Positions 9,822 through 18,394 of a stretch of DNA of 64,000 nucleotides are shown here, one piece after another. The notes below the pieces were generated by a model. The model was not told the origin of the DNA. It ran no database searches and worked only from the letters and a program-made list of their open reading frames with translations. The stretch's first letter is position 1. The number at the start of each line of letters is the position of its first letter. The position numbers were made by a program, and so were the translations under genes. This stretch comes from a virus (taxonomy: Duplodnaviria > Caudoviricetes): IMG/VR virus record IMGVR_UViG_3300035208_005226, positions 12,315-76,314 of that record. One strand, given 5' to 3'.

Positions 9822-10203
9822 TTGGTTCACCTTGGGATTTAATTGGTTCTGGGGTTTTATGGATAAAGTTGCCTTCCGAGTCAAACATTTCAGGATGTGT
9901 TTTTTTAAGCCATAATTCAGATCTTTTCCTGTGGATCTCTGAATATTCTATCCAGTGTTTTTTATGGAGTGGTGGTATGATAAACGGCAGAGTTAGGGAT
10001 CCCGGGTGTGCTTTGTCTACGCTAAATATCCAGGATAATTCCGAGTTGGCGTCATTAAATTCTGGGTTTCCCATGGCTCTGTTTATCATAAGAAATGCTG
10101 CATTTAGGAATACCAGGTCCCCCCTGGTAATCCGTATTGTTTTTACCACGTCTTTTAGCGTTGATCTTGGATCGACTGGTGTGTCTCTTGCAGGTTTAAT
10201 CAT
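9814..10203 (-). CDS. Hypothetical protein
   Basis: 129-aa ORF with overlapping junctions. Confidence 0.6.
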   Translation of the reverse strand: MIKPARDTPVDPRSTLKDVVKTIRITRGDLVFLNAAFLMINRAMGNPEFNDANSELSWIFSVDKAHPGSLTLPFIIPPLHKKHWIEYSEIHRKRSELWLKKTHPEMFDSEGNFIHKTPEPIKSQGEPNE

Positions 10204-10528
10204 GTTGTCGCCTCATGAGTTTATCTGAGAATTGTTTGAATCTGTTTAGCAATCTTACTGTTATATTTCCTTCAACACAGTTTAACATATTACGCAGACA
10301 TTCTTCACATATGCGGGGATATTCGCGGTGATCGATTCTATACTCGTCCATATCCCAGAATGATGTAGTGTGGACGACTCTTGGCTGTATGTTTATTGAG
10401 ATGTCCACGTAATGATATAGTTTGCGGCCACATGCATTACAATATATGGGATCATCTGGAATTTCCTTGATTTTACTCAAGTCGATTACAGATGCCATGC
10501 ACAGGTTACCAAATGATTTTTCCCCCAT
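10196..10528 (-). CDS. Zinc-finger hypothetical protein
   Basis: CNACG ... CEEC pairs. Confidence 0.55.
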   Translation of the reverse strand: MGEKSFGNLCMASVIDLSKIKEIPDDPIYCNACGRKLYHYVDISINIQPRVVHTTSFWDMDEYRIDHREYPRICEECLRNMLNCVEGNITVRLLNRFKQFSDKLMRRQHD

Positions 10529-10531
10529 GTT

Positions 10532-10810
10532 TTAGTCCTCATAGTATAGTCGAACAAAGTTTAATGTGGTGTTGCCGGGGTGTTCTCCTTCCTTTATCCA
10601 CAGTCGATACTTTGGCCTCCCGTAATATTGGATGTGTTGTTTTAGTAGTCGCTGAACCATTTTGGATATATAGTTCATTGAGTAGTCTTTTCCGTTCGAT
10701 GCCTTCATCCAAGAGTTTATGCCTGTTCTTACGTAAAGGATTTCATTGCCTTTTTTCTTGATTACTATGTGTTTTACACTTGCAACTTCGATTTGTTTTG
10801 TTAGTTTCAT
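10532..10810 (-). CDS. Hypothetical basic protein
   Basis: 92-aa ORF. Confidence 0.55.
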   Translation of the reverse strand: MKLTKQIEVASVKHIVIKKKGNEILYVRTGINSWMKASNGKDYSMNYISKMVQRLLKQHIQYYGRPKYRLWIKEGEHPGNTTLNFVRLYYED

Positions 10811-10927
10811 AAGAAATCACACCGGAATATTAGTTTTAGATTTGTTGATCGTAATGTCGGGTTTCCATTTATCATGCTATATTTTCCTCATTGGGTTAAT
10901 TTGTATGTAATTTTTTGCCTTATTGTA

Positions 10928-11293
10928 TCATTCTTCGAACTTTGTTGAGTGAGGACAATGTTCTGGGAATGGACATATCCCGGCTTTAATTTTTTCCTGG
11001 TCGTCTGTAGATAGTTCAGTGTCGTTCTGTAAGATGCATTCTGTTAATTCACATGCCATTTTTTCTCCGAATTGCTCATTTATGTCTGATATGATAGATC
11101 CTAATATGAGGTCATATGACTGTTTTATTAGGTTTGCTGTTTTTAATTTGTCTATACTATGGTTTATGTATGGAGATACGTCAACCATCATGGCAAATGT
11201 GTCAAATTTACCAGTTTTTGTTCTATACCAGAATGCTGTCTCATATGAGAATGGCGCTGTCTGGATTATTGTGCTGAAGCTTGTGGATGTCAT
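10928..11293 (-). CDS. Hypothetical protein
   Basis: 121-aa ORF. Confidence 0.55.
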   Translation of the reverse strand: MTSTSFSTIIQTAPFSYETAFWYRTKTGKFDTFAMMVDVSPYINHSIDKLKTANLIKQSYDLILGSIISDINEQFGEKMACELTECILQNDTELSTDDQEKIKAGICPFPEHCPHSTKFEE

Positions 11294-11347
11294 AATAGAT
11301 CATCAGATATGTGGATTTACTGATTTCATAGTGTTACCGCTTGCGAT

Positions 11348-11379
11348 TGGCGGGAATGGGGTTTGATCCCACTCCTGCC
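11348..11379 (-). ncRNA. tRNA-like minihelix (acceptor stem + T-arm only)
   Basis: GGCAGGA-GTGGG-ATCAAAC-CCCAT-TCCCGCC-A: 7+5 bp stem (one A-C), 7-nt T-like loop, discriminator A. Confidence 0.45.
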
Positions 11380-11574
11380 TATTGTATCTCCCTGGAGAAG
11401 AAAGAAATGAAAAAACATCGGACCTATGTTGTCCCTACATAGTTTAGCCTCCGTGCCCAGAGTAAAGATTATGTGGGACTGAACCCATCATAACCTCCCA
11501 CATATTTTCTACACCCAGTGATTTTCTGCTCTGGAATTTTTGTTCCGTCATTGCAGGAGTCAATTGAAAATATG

Positions 11575-11814
11575 TTATACGTTGAATATTGCAATGTCAT
11601 CTGCAATATCTGCTGATTTCTTTAGTTCTGCTCTTACTAGGGTTCTTGAGATGTTTTCAAGTTTGTTTATTTTCTGCTGAAGTTCTGTAATAGTTAGTTC
11701 CGTTTCTTTTATTCTGTCTTTGAGATATGACAGTTCATTCTTAAGATTTTCAATTTCTGGATCTGGTTTTATTTCAGATATATAAGATGTTAATTGTGGT
11801 AACTTTTTGCTCAT
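11575..11814 (-). CDS. Coiled-coil hypothetical protein
   Basis: Heptad-like segment IENLKNELSYLKDRIKETELTITELQQKINKLENI. Confidence 0.6.
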   Translation of the reverse strand: MSKKLPQLTSYISEIKPDPEIENLKNELSYLKDRIKETELTITELQQKINKLENISRTLVRAELKKSADIADDIAIFNV

Positions 11815-11876
11815 TGTGGTTCCTCGGTTAGAATTCTGTTTATTATCTTATTTATAGTATTGGTTTCGTTAAGATA

Positions 11877-12002
11877 TGTCGATTGTAGGATTTGAACCTA
11901 CTTCTGTGGCTTGAGACCACCGTCTTTACCAATCTAATAAAATACAAATGATAGATCTATATTTCCCACGGGCATGATTTTATTAGACCAGACCAAATCG
12001 AC
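11877..12002 (-). tRNA. tRNA-like gene with ~54-nt hairpin insertion in the D-arm and aberrant anticodon loop (identity ambiguous, Glu-like)
   Basis: Acceptor GTCGATT/AATCGAC, D-stem GTCT/AGAC, anticodon stem GTGGT/GCCAC around CTCAA, T-arm GTAGG-TTCAAAT-CCTAC. Insert is bounded by CTAATAAAAT/ATTTTATTAG. Confidence 0.7.
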
Positions 12003-12029
12003 AATGGGAATTGTTAACATTCTTTGAAA

Positions 12030-12200
12030 TGGCACCAGTGAGATTCGCACTCACGTAGCCCTACGGCGGCAGATTTTGAGTTTGTTGTTCTCTGGTAACA
12101 GGCTGACCCGTCGTGGGTCGATTTAAGCTGACTTTACAGACACCCTCATATGAAGCAATTAGTCGCTACACGCTGCTGGTTCTTCATAGTTTCTGATACC
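12030..12200 (-). tRNA. tRNA-Leu(CAA)-like element; 3' two-thirds recognisable, 5' domain expanded
   Basis: CT-CAA-AA-TCTGC, long variable arm, GTGAG-TGCGAAT-CTCAC, TGGTGCC-A. A matching 5' acceptor strand GGTATCA lies at 12200-12194. Confidence 0.5.
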
Positions 12201-12205
12201 AGAGA

Positions 12206-12263
12206 TAACCAGAATCGGGGATCGAACCCGAACGGCGCTACATGTGCCAACCCACTTCCGGTT
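12206..12263 (-). ncRNA. Anticodon-less tRNA-like element
   Basis: AACCGGAA/TTCTGGTT acceptor, 24-nt linker, T-arm TCGGG-TTCGATC-CCCGA. Confidence 0.5.
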
Positions 12264-12285
12264 TTTGTTATAACTCATCCTGATG

Positions 12286-12336
12286 ATCGGATGTAGAGGG
12301 TTTGAACCTCCATTGATCTCATATCAAACATCCGAT
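12286..12336 (-). ncRNA. Anticodon-less tRNA-like element
   Basis: ATCGGATGT/ACATCCGAT stem, single small hairpin TTGAT-ATGAG-ATCAA, T-arm GGAGG-TTCAAAC-CCTCT. Confidence 0.5.
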
Positions 12337-12421
12337 AGGCTGATTGTTTTTATAGAGGTATCAACCTATGAATTTAACCTCTTTTTGATTCAAACGTCTT
12401 TAAATCTCATCCATTTCTGGA

Positions 12422-12456
12422 TAACCGAATAGTGGAATTTAACCACAATTCAATCA
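12422..12456 (-). ncRNA. Degenerate tRNA-like minihelix
   Basis: TGATTGAAT/ATTCGGTTA stem (G-U rich) stacked on GTGG-TTAAATT-CCAC. Confidence 0.35.
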
Positions 12457-12704
12457 GACTTATGGAGGTCTTACCCCTGATTTGACCCAGGGATAAGATT
12501 ATTGTTATTTGCGACAGGAAGTTGAGTAAGTTTCCTGTATGAGTTATATTTGCGAAGGGTATCAGTCTGATGAGGATAAAATGTTTGTACTAAGTAGGTG
12601 CATTCGATGGCTTGTTTCCGTGTCTTGTGGTCCTCCTGTAGTTGTTTGGCCTCACCAAGATGTGATTATTGGATCACCGGCCAAAAAAGTTTGAGTTAAT
12701 AAGG

Positions 12705-12995
12705 TTAATAAGCTCTGCTTATTATGTAATTCGACTGAGCCACAACTTCTGATGTGTTTGTTGTCAGGTTGTTATAGATGGTCAGGGTTGCAGCAAGAGA
12801 TGCCTGTTGTCCTGTAACATAAAGTACTGATTGGTTTGTGATGAACTCACCATAGTAAAGTGGTGTCGCCCCACCTGCAATAACCAGGGACTTTGATGTT
12901 ACGTTTATGGTCTGATTGGTATCTGCCATTGCGATACTAGATAGCATCAGTAATGTTGCTATCAGAAGAACTATGTAAAGCGCTTTTGTCTCCAT
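12705..12995 (-). CDS. Small secreted protein with signal peptide
   Basis: METKALYIVLLIATLLMLSSIAMA-D signal peptide; five N-X-S/T sequons (NQT, NVT, NQS, NLT, NTS). Confidence 0.7.
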   Translation of the reverse strand: METKALYIVLLIATLLMLSSIAMADTNQTINVTSKSLVIAGGATPLYYGEFITNQSVLYVTGQQASLAATLTIYNNLTTNTSEVVAQSNYIISRAY

Positions 12996-13558
12996 AATAT
13001 GTGGTTGGTGTTCCCTGGTATTATTTTTGTTGGATGATAATACCACATTTTGGATATTTTGCTGGGATTTTTCCTGGCGGTCCGAGGTATATGTGATAAA
13101 ATTTGCAGGAGTATCCGGATTTCTGTCCGTTTATCAGGTACCCGCAATGGTTGCATGTTGGTGGGGTTTCTATGTCATCTTTAAATAGTTTTTTTGCCAT
13201 GTTACCACTTCTTTTGTGGGCATGATATCATTTGGTACCGGAGGTCTCCGGATATGTTGCATTTATACATTCCGTTTTTTACTGAACTTTCTGTGCAGTC
13301 TCTACATGAGTTTATTTGTTTGAATTCGTTGTTGTTTCTGTCTGTCATATATCATTCCTCAATTTATGCTTAATTGTTTCCATAATATTAGCATCTCACG
13401 TTGTGATTCTCTGTCTAAATTTCCGATTTCATACATTATGGTTGTTAATTCTGGTGTAAAAAATATGCTGTGGACCTTTATCTGGTGGTATATCACACCG
13501 GAGAATGAGCGAGTTGTTAATTTAAGTGTCATATCATCACTATGTTATCCCAATATTG

Positions 13559-14038
13559 TTAATATCCATTTCCATTGATAAACATCCTTTTTGGATATAT
13601 CATCATGAAAAGTCCACGTTTTATCATAAGTTTTGCGTCATCTCCGGTGATTCCCAATGACATGGGAGATATTATGTCGCATATTTCCAGGTATGACCCT
13701 AATGCTGCGATCCTGAATGCTGCTTCTTGGGAATCTAGTGTTGCCCCAATTTCTATGTAACTTGGGCCTTGAGAGAGTCGTTTTGGATCGGGGTAGTTGT
13801 CTAGGATGTCTATCAGACTTTGTTTATTCCGTTCTGCTTTTTCTACTATTATACCTACCTTGAATAATCCCACATCTATTTTTAGAATATCGGTATAGTC
13901 CGGATCTGATTCGTGTGGCATATTCCAAATTTCAGTTACAGTGAGATCTTTGTATTCAATTTGTTCAGATGGTTTTCCGATCCTGAGGCATATAGTTGAT
14001 TCAGATAATATTTTGTGTAATTTTGTCAGGTCAAACAT
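13559..14038 (-). CDS. Hypothetical phage protein
   Basis: 159 aa with GPSYIEIGATL.SQEAA motif, recalled from uncharacterised phage proteins. Confidence 0.6.
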   Translation of the reverse strand: MFDLTKLHKILSESTICLRIGKPSEQIEYKDLTVTEIWNMPHESDPDYTDILKIDVGLFKVGIIVEKAERNKQSLIDILDNYPDPKRLSQGPSYIEIGATLDSQEAAFRIAALGSYLEICDIISPMSLGITGDDAKLMIKRGLFMMIYPKRMFINGNGY

Positions 14039-14162
14039 TGTGTCACCATATTTTGGAGTTCATCCATATAATGTCGAATATATAAACAGTATTAGTGTTA
14101 TGATAACCATTAGTAATGCACATATGAGTAGGGCATCATTTAAGTATTGTTCGATGTTTCTG

Positions 14163-14414
14163 TTAGACATAATCGCCCTCTTTAGCGTCGTAATACTTTG
14201 ATCCTTTTATGAACATAGTGTATCCTCGTTTTTTATAGCAGTCTGGCTTCCGTTGCTTTGGATATTTCCAGTAATCTCTCGGGTAAGCATCACGCGATAT
14301 TACTTTACACCATACCATTTTGGCATCTTTTAACCTCCAGCATTCCTTGACATTTAAGTCGTTATTGCCGTTGTAGAAGTTATCTTCACAACATATACAG
14401 TGTGCTTTGTTCAT
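14163..14414 (-). CDS. Cys-rich hypothetical protein
   Basis: C..C.DNFYNGNN....KECW...PDCY pattern. Confidence 0.6.
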   Translation of the reverse strand: MNKAHCICCEDNFYNGNNDLNVKECWRLKDAKMVWCKVISRDAYPRDYWKYPKQRKPDCYKKRGYTMFIKGSKYYDAKEGDYV

Positions 14415-14617
14415 AATGCTATTTCCCCGATTTCATTATCATCAATTGAGTGCTGTGACTTACGACCATTCCAGCACCATGCATTTGCTCTTATAATTGG
14501 GAACCCGTCAATTGAAGGGTTATCTCGCCTGCATTCGATCATATCGTTACAAGTTATTTCAAAAACATCACTTGAAAATCTGCATGTTTTACAAGTATAT
14601 CCTGGATTATCTCCCAT
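14411..14617 (-). CDS. Cys-rich micro-protein
   Basis: CKTCRF...CRRDNP...FP.....WC. Confidence 0.6.
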   Translation of the reverse strand: MGDNPGYTCKTCRFSSDVFEITCNDMIECRRDNPSIDGFPIIRANAWCWNGRKSQHSIDDNEIGEIAL

Positions 14618-14752
14618 ATCATCACTTCTTTTTTGGCGTTTGCTTCTGTTCTACAAATATACACCAGATTGGTTTGGTTGATTGGTATGCCGGACACTCC
14701 TCCAGGTAACAGGATGTAAAGCCTTTGTATGGACATCGTCTAGTCGAGATAG

Positions 14753-15532
14753 TCATGAGAATTGCTTCCTGCCTTGTATAAATCTGGATAATTCTTCAAT
14801 GTCTCGTTTGTAATAGATGTGGGGTGAATTGCTTATGGTTTCAAGCCACCCGGATTCAATTTCATGGGATAACATTGTATTAATGTCATTCACTAGTTTC
14901 TGCTGTAGATATGCTAGTGCTATGGCGTTCATCCCCCAGGCAGATAGCATGTCATTGGAGCGGAATATGGAAATTAAGTTTAGATGATTTGTTCTATCGA
15001 TTAGTGCCTGGATTAGTTGGAGACATGGGGGTTCAGATGATATTATGTCAATCTCTGGAGACCAAGTGATTGCTATGGCTCTTCTACTGTTTGGGGTGTT
15101 GATTAGTCGAGTTATTATGCTGAGTTTGAGCTGATTTATTCCCCCTAGATTTCCATTGCCAATTTGCCCATCTTCAGTTGGATAATCGCACAATCTGTTA
15201 CCATAGGTGTATGTTGCGTCAGTGTTGTCGTTTTTTCGCGTTGTAATTGAATACATAGATGATTTGTATTGATCTATGAATTTGTCGCCAAACATAGAGT
15301 ATTGGGATTTCATTGGGGACTGCATTGGATTTTTTATATGAACACAGAGAGGTTGTTCCAGGTCCCATATGTGTTCGTTGTCTTCGGTTAGTTTATCAAT
15401 GCCGAGACATGTGTCATGGATAAGATTTACGATGGAATTATGTGCCTCTCCAATTGTTGATTTTGATAGTAGGATCATGGGATCATTTATTCTCCTCAAT
15501 TTTGTTGTAATAGTCGACATGTAGTCTAACAA
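14753..15532 (-). CDS. thyA: Thymidylate synthase, archaeal/methanogen type
   Basis: YTYGNRL, SRRAIAITWSP, catalytic PPCLQ, FRSNDMLSAWGMN; true start uncertain. Confidence 0.85.
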   Translation of the reverse strand: MLDYMSTITTKLRRINDPMILLSKSTIGEAHNSIVNLIHDTCLGIDKLTEDNEHIWDLEQPLCVHIKNPMQSPMKSQYSMFGDKFIDQYKSSMYSITTRKNDNTDATYTYGNRLCDYPTEDGQIGNGNLGGINQLKLSIITRLINTPNSRRAIAITWSPEIDIISSEPPCLQLIQALIDRTNHLNLISIFRSNDMLSAWGMNAIALAYLQQKLVNDINTMLSHEIESGWLETISNSPHIYYKRDIEELSRFIQGRKQFS

Positions 15533-15640
15533 AATGTTTAAAATCGTGCTCCAATCTAATCACCAGGCTATATAGATATAATAGCATGATAACATATATT
15601 ATGATAAATGTTACTATGCAAATTAGATATGTGGATTCAG

Positions 15641-15946
15641 TCATGATCTGTTTCCGATTTCTTCAGGGAACCCATGCAATTTGATTGCGATAGATTGTCT
15701 ACACGATCCACTCTCTCTCTCTCTCTCTGTATCGTATAATAAAATTGCCTGATAAAGTGGGCAAAATCCATCAGATTCTCTCCCTCCGAACCAACACGAA
15801 GACGATTGCAACTTGTATCCTGCTTTAAGGAGACCATTTACCAGTTCCTCAAATTTATCACAATCTGAACTTTCTACAACTTTAATTGAGGATGGGGCAA
15901 TCATTATATATCTTCCTCCCCCGGTTTCTTCAATGATAAAACCCAA
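15641..15946 (-). CDS. DUF1737-like small protein with microsatellite in 3' part
   Basis: IKVVESSDCDKFEELVNGLLKAGYKL...YQAILL resembles DUF1737; the tail reads through (AG)9. Confidence 0.45.
   Translation of the reverse strand: MGFIIEETGGGRYIMIAPSSIKVVESSDCDKFEELVNGLLKAGYKLQSSSCWFGGRESDGFCPLYQAILLYDTERERESGSCRQSIAIKLHGFPEEIGNRS
15711..15728. repeat. (CT)9 dinucleotide microsatellite
   Basis: ctctctctctctctctct read directly. Confidence 0.95.
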
Positions 15947-16395
15947 CCCAATATTTTAATTCCACATATCCGTGTTGTCGAACGAACTGTTTCATCTGTT
16001 TTCATTTCATCTATTTTACTCTGGAGTTTTGCCAATATCCATTCTGGTAGTTCTTCAGATTTATTGGAGTTTAATAAATTCCATGGATAATCTTCTGGAC
16101 AAATTTCTTTTCGTTTGGATAATGCCTGGACAAGATCTTCAGTAGAAATGGTGGAGCCGGGTTTAATGTGCTCATTCCACGCATCGGTTATTTTTTTCTC
16201 ATTTATACCACAAGGGCATAACACGATAGGTCCTACGTACTGGCATTTGTTACAACCGATAAAGAAAATTGTTCCAGGTAATTTAAGTCGAGTTGGATCT
16301 TGCGGGTGGAAGCCAATTATCAATCCCACACCGTTACAATCTTCATCTGCATCTCCTGCTCCACATTCCGGGCAGGGTTCAACATGATATTTCAT
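15904..16395 (-). CDS. Lar-like zinc-finger protein with C-terminal extension
   Basis: PCPECG...IGCNKCQYVGP...ITDAWN. Confidence 0.55.
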   Translation of the reverse strand: MKYHVEPCPECGAGDADEDCNGVGLIIGFHPQDPTRLKLPGTIFFIGCNKCQYVGPIVLCPCGINEKKITDAWNEHIKPGSTISTEDLVQALSKRKEICPEDYPWNLLNSNKSEELPEWILAKLQSKIDEMKTDETVRSTTRICGIKILGWVLSLKKPGEEDI

Positions 16396-16651
16396 ACTTG
16401 TTCACCATTTTACCTTCTGTTAACATCTCTTCAGGCCACCCGCAAAATGGACAATGGAGTAATTCTTCAGTCATTTCTTATCACTCTTTGATTAACTCTG
16501 TTCGCTATATCTACAATCCAGGGAGTACTCGTTGTGACCTCGATAATAGTCGCAGTCTTCGCAATATGCTGGATCTTTGTAGTCATCTAACATTGGACAC
16601 AACACGATTTTCTTAAATGATAGGGATGTCATGATGTAGATTCTCCTGTCA

Positions 16652-16834
16652 TTATGTAGATCCGTGTTGTAGTCTTATGCAATCCCACTTTCCGGTGTTG
16701 ATTTCCCGCCATGCCATACATTCGTTACCTAGGCATTTCACCATGTTGAACTGTGCAATTAGAATCCTGGGATCTCTGAAAGAACTTGCTGCGACTGGTA
16801 TGCTCATGAATGGACAGATTTTTTCTTCTGCCAT
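16652..16834 (-). CDS. Cys-rich micro-protein (KICPF family)
   Basis: KICPFMS...KCLGNECMAW...C. Confidence 0.6.
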   Translation of the reverse strand: MAEEKICPFMSIPVAASSFRDPRILIAQFNMVKCLGNECMAWREINTGKWDCIRLQHGST

Positions 16835-16836
16835 GC

Positions 16837-17142
16837 TTAATCACCATCCAAAAATATATTTGGTAGAAATGTTACGTCTGGTTCGCTCGCAGGAATTAAC
16901 ATACAGTAACCTGGCCTGTAATGACAGCCGTTACCAATTTTCTTGTGATAGTGGGTGTCACCAAATTTTAGTTCTGGAGACCATGCTCTGCAGATTTCCT
17001 CACCCAGAATGCCAACTCGCTGATTTCCAATTCTCCCTTCAGTACAATATAGAAGATTTCCCGAAGAAAGAGAGAATGGGCAGATTTTGCTGTTTTCTGT
17101 TGTGTCTTCCATTATTTTATCTCCGGGATTAAAGCACGACAT
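16837..17142 (-). CDS. Cys-rich protein, paralog of 16652-16834
   Basis: KICPFSL...C...ICRAW...GYC. Confidence 0.55.
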   Translation of the reverse strand: MSCFNPGDKIMEDTTENSKICPFSLSSGNLLYCTEGRIGNQRVGILGEEICRAWSPELKFGDTHYHKKIGNGCHYRPGYCMLIPASEPDVTFLPNIFLDGD

Positions 17143-17306
17143 ATATCATTATATGACAATTTATCATGATGTAGCGGGCATCCTTGTCGTTCTAGCATTT
17201 CGACAAGAATCTGATTTAGGTTGTTTGATATGGTGGATGATATCTTGTGGTCCTTTAGCAGTTCTATGGCCGTTGCCAACTTCAATATAAGTGTTATGTT
17301 GTTCAT
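17112..17306 (-). CDS. Hypothetical protein
   Basis: 64-aa ORF. Confidence 0.45.
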   Translation of the reverse strand: MNNITLILKLATAIELLKDHKISSTISNNLNQILVEMLERQGCPLHHDKLSYNDICRALIPEIK

Positions 17307-17952
17307 TGTTTTTCCTGTATTTTAACAGTAGATAATGGAAAAATGGGCTTGGGTTACTCCCAGGTTAACTATTGGTTTGACCCAATTTGTTAACAATAAT
17401 AGAATGGTTGTAGAATTGTTCTACAGGGTTGCAGCATTCTGTTTTATAGAGTGCTGTTTTGTTCTTGATTAATGCCCGGATTAATGTCACACTAATCAGC
17501 TTTACCTACCCAGTTACAGCCGCATATAATATGCTGTTAATGCTGTTGCCTGCATCATTCCTGGACAGATGTTATTCTGTCGTCATTTGGCAGGGCCGGG
17601 TGTGGTTGCCTTGCCTCACGGAACTCATCGGTATAATTACATTTGATGATTTGACTATTAAGTGTTTCGGTTTAATATGCAGAAAAAGTAGGTGTTTTGT
17701 GGATTTGGTGGAGATATGAGGTGTTGTGTTAATGTTGTTTGATTAACTGCACAGACGGTGGGGAGTTAAATTGTAGTTTGTAATTGCAGGTGAGGTGTCC
17801 TGGATAACAACAGGGGCGATTTCTGATTTTTTCTGCGCAGATAAAGGCGTTGTGGAATGGAATGCAGGAAAAACAATGGGGGATCATTGGGGATATAATT
17901 GGGTGATATTACATGTTATGTTATTCATTGGATGGTTCGTTGTTTGCATTTT

Positions 17953-18135
17953 TTATTTAGATATGGTCTTGTAATGTTTGCATAGAAGGGCTGCAAATTC
18001 CCAGGCGCTTGGATCTGGAGATGAGGTGCCGTTGTCTGATAACATGGCAAATGGACATCCTGAGTTGATTTTGGTGCAGATATGTCCAGTGTGTTGATAG
18101 TTGTGGTGTTTACATGTGGTGTATTGTGTTGTCAT
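17953..18135 (-). CDS. Cys-rich micro-protein
   Basis: CKHH...C......CPF...CKHY. Confidence 0.5.
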   Translation of the reverse strand: MTTQYTTCKHHNYQHTGHICTKINSGCPFAMLSDNGTSSPDPSAWEFAALLCKHYKTISK

Positions 18136-18379
18136 TGTTTTTCCTTGGGTTTGTTGTTAGGCTGCCTGAGTTTAGTAGTCTGGTGAGGTATGAAATTACG
18201 TTGTCTTCTATACCGGTGTAGACTGTTGTGGTATTGTTTATAGATAGGGTTACGGTGTTATGTCCGGTGTGGTTAAGACTGGAAGATAGAATGGATTCTA
18301 TGATGGGTAGAGAGGTCGGATGTATTGGATATGTCCTGTCTTGGTATGTTAGAGATATGTTGGGCGTAATTGTTGTCAT
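18110..18379 (-). CDS. Thr/Asn-rich hypothetical protein
   Basis: 89-aa ORF, operon-packed. Confidence 0.5.
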   Translation of the reverse strand: MTTITPNISLTYQDRTYPIHPTSLPIIESILSSSLNHTGHNTVTLSINNTTTVYTGIEDNVISYLTRLLNSGSLTTNPRKNNDNTIHHM

Positions 18380-18394
18380 GGGTTATCCGTGTAT

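Noticed and set aside
12080-12195. Group I intron within the Leu-like tRNA
   Set aside because: Too short and no recognisable P/Q/R/S core elements
12555-12625. CTGATGAG as a hammerhead ribozyme core
   Set aside because: No correctly placed GAAA or stems II/III; the same applies to a similar string near 24361
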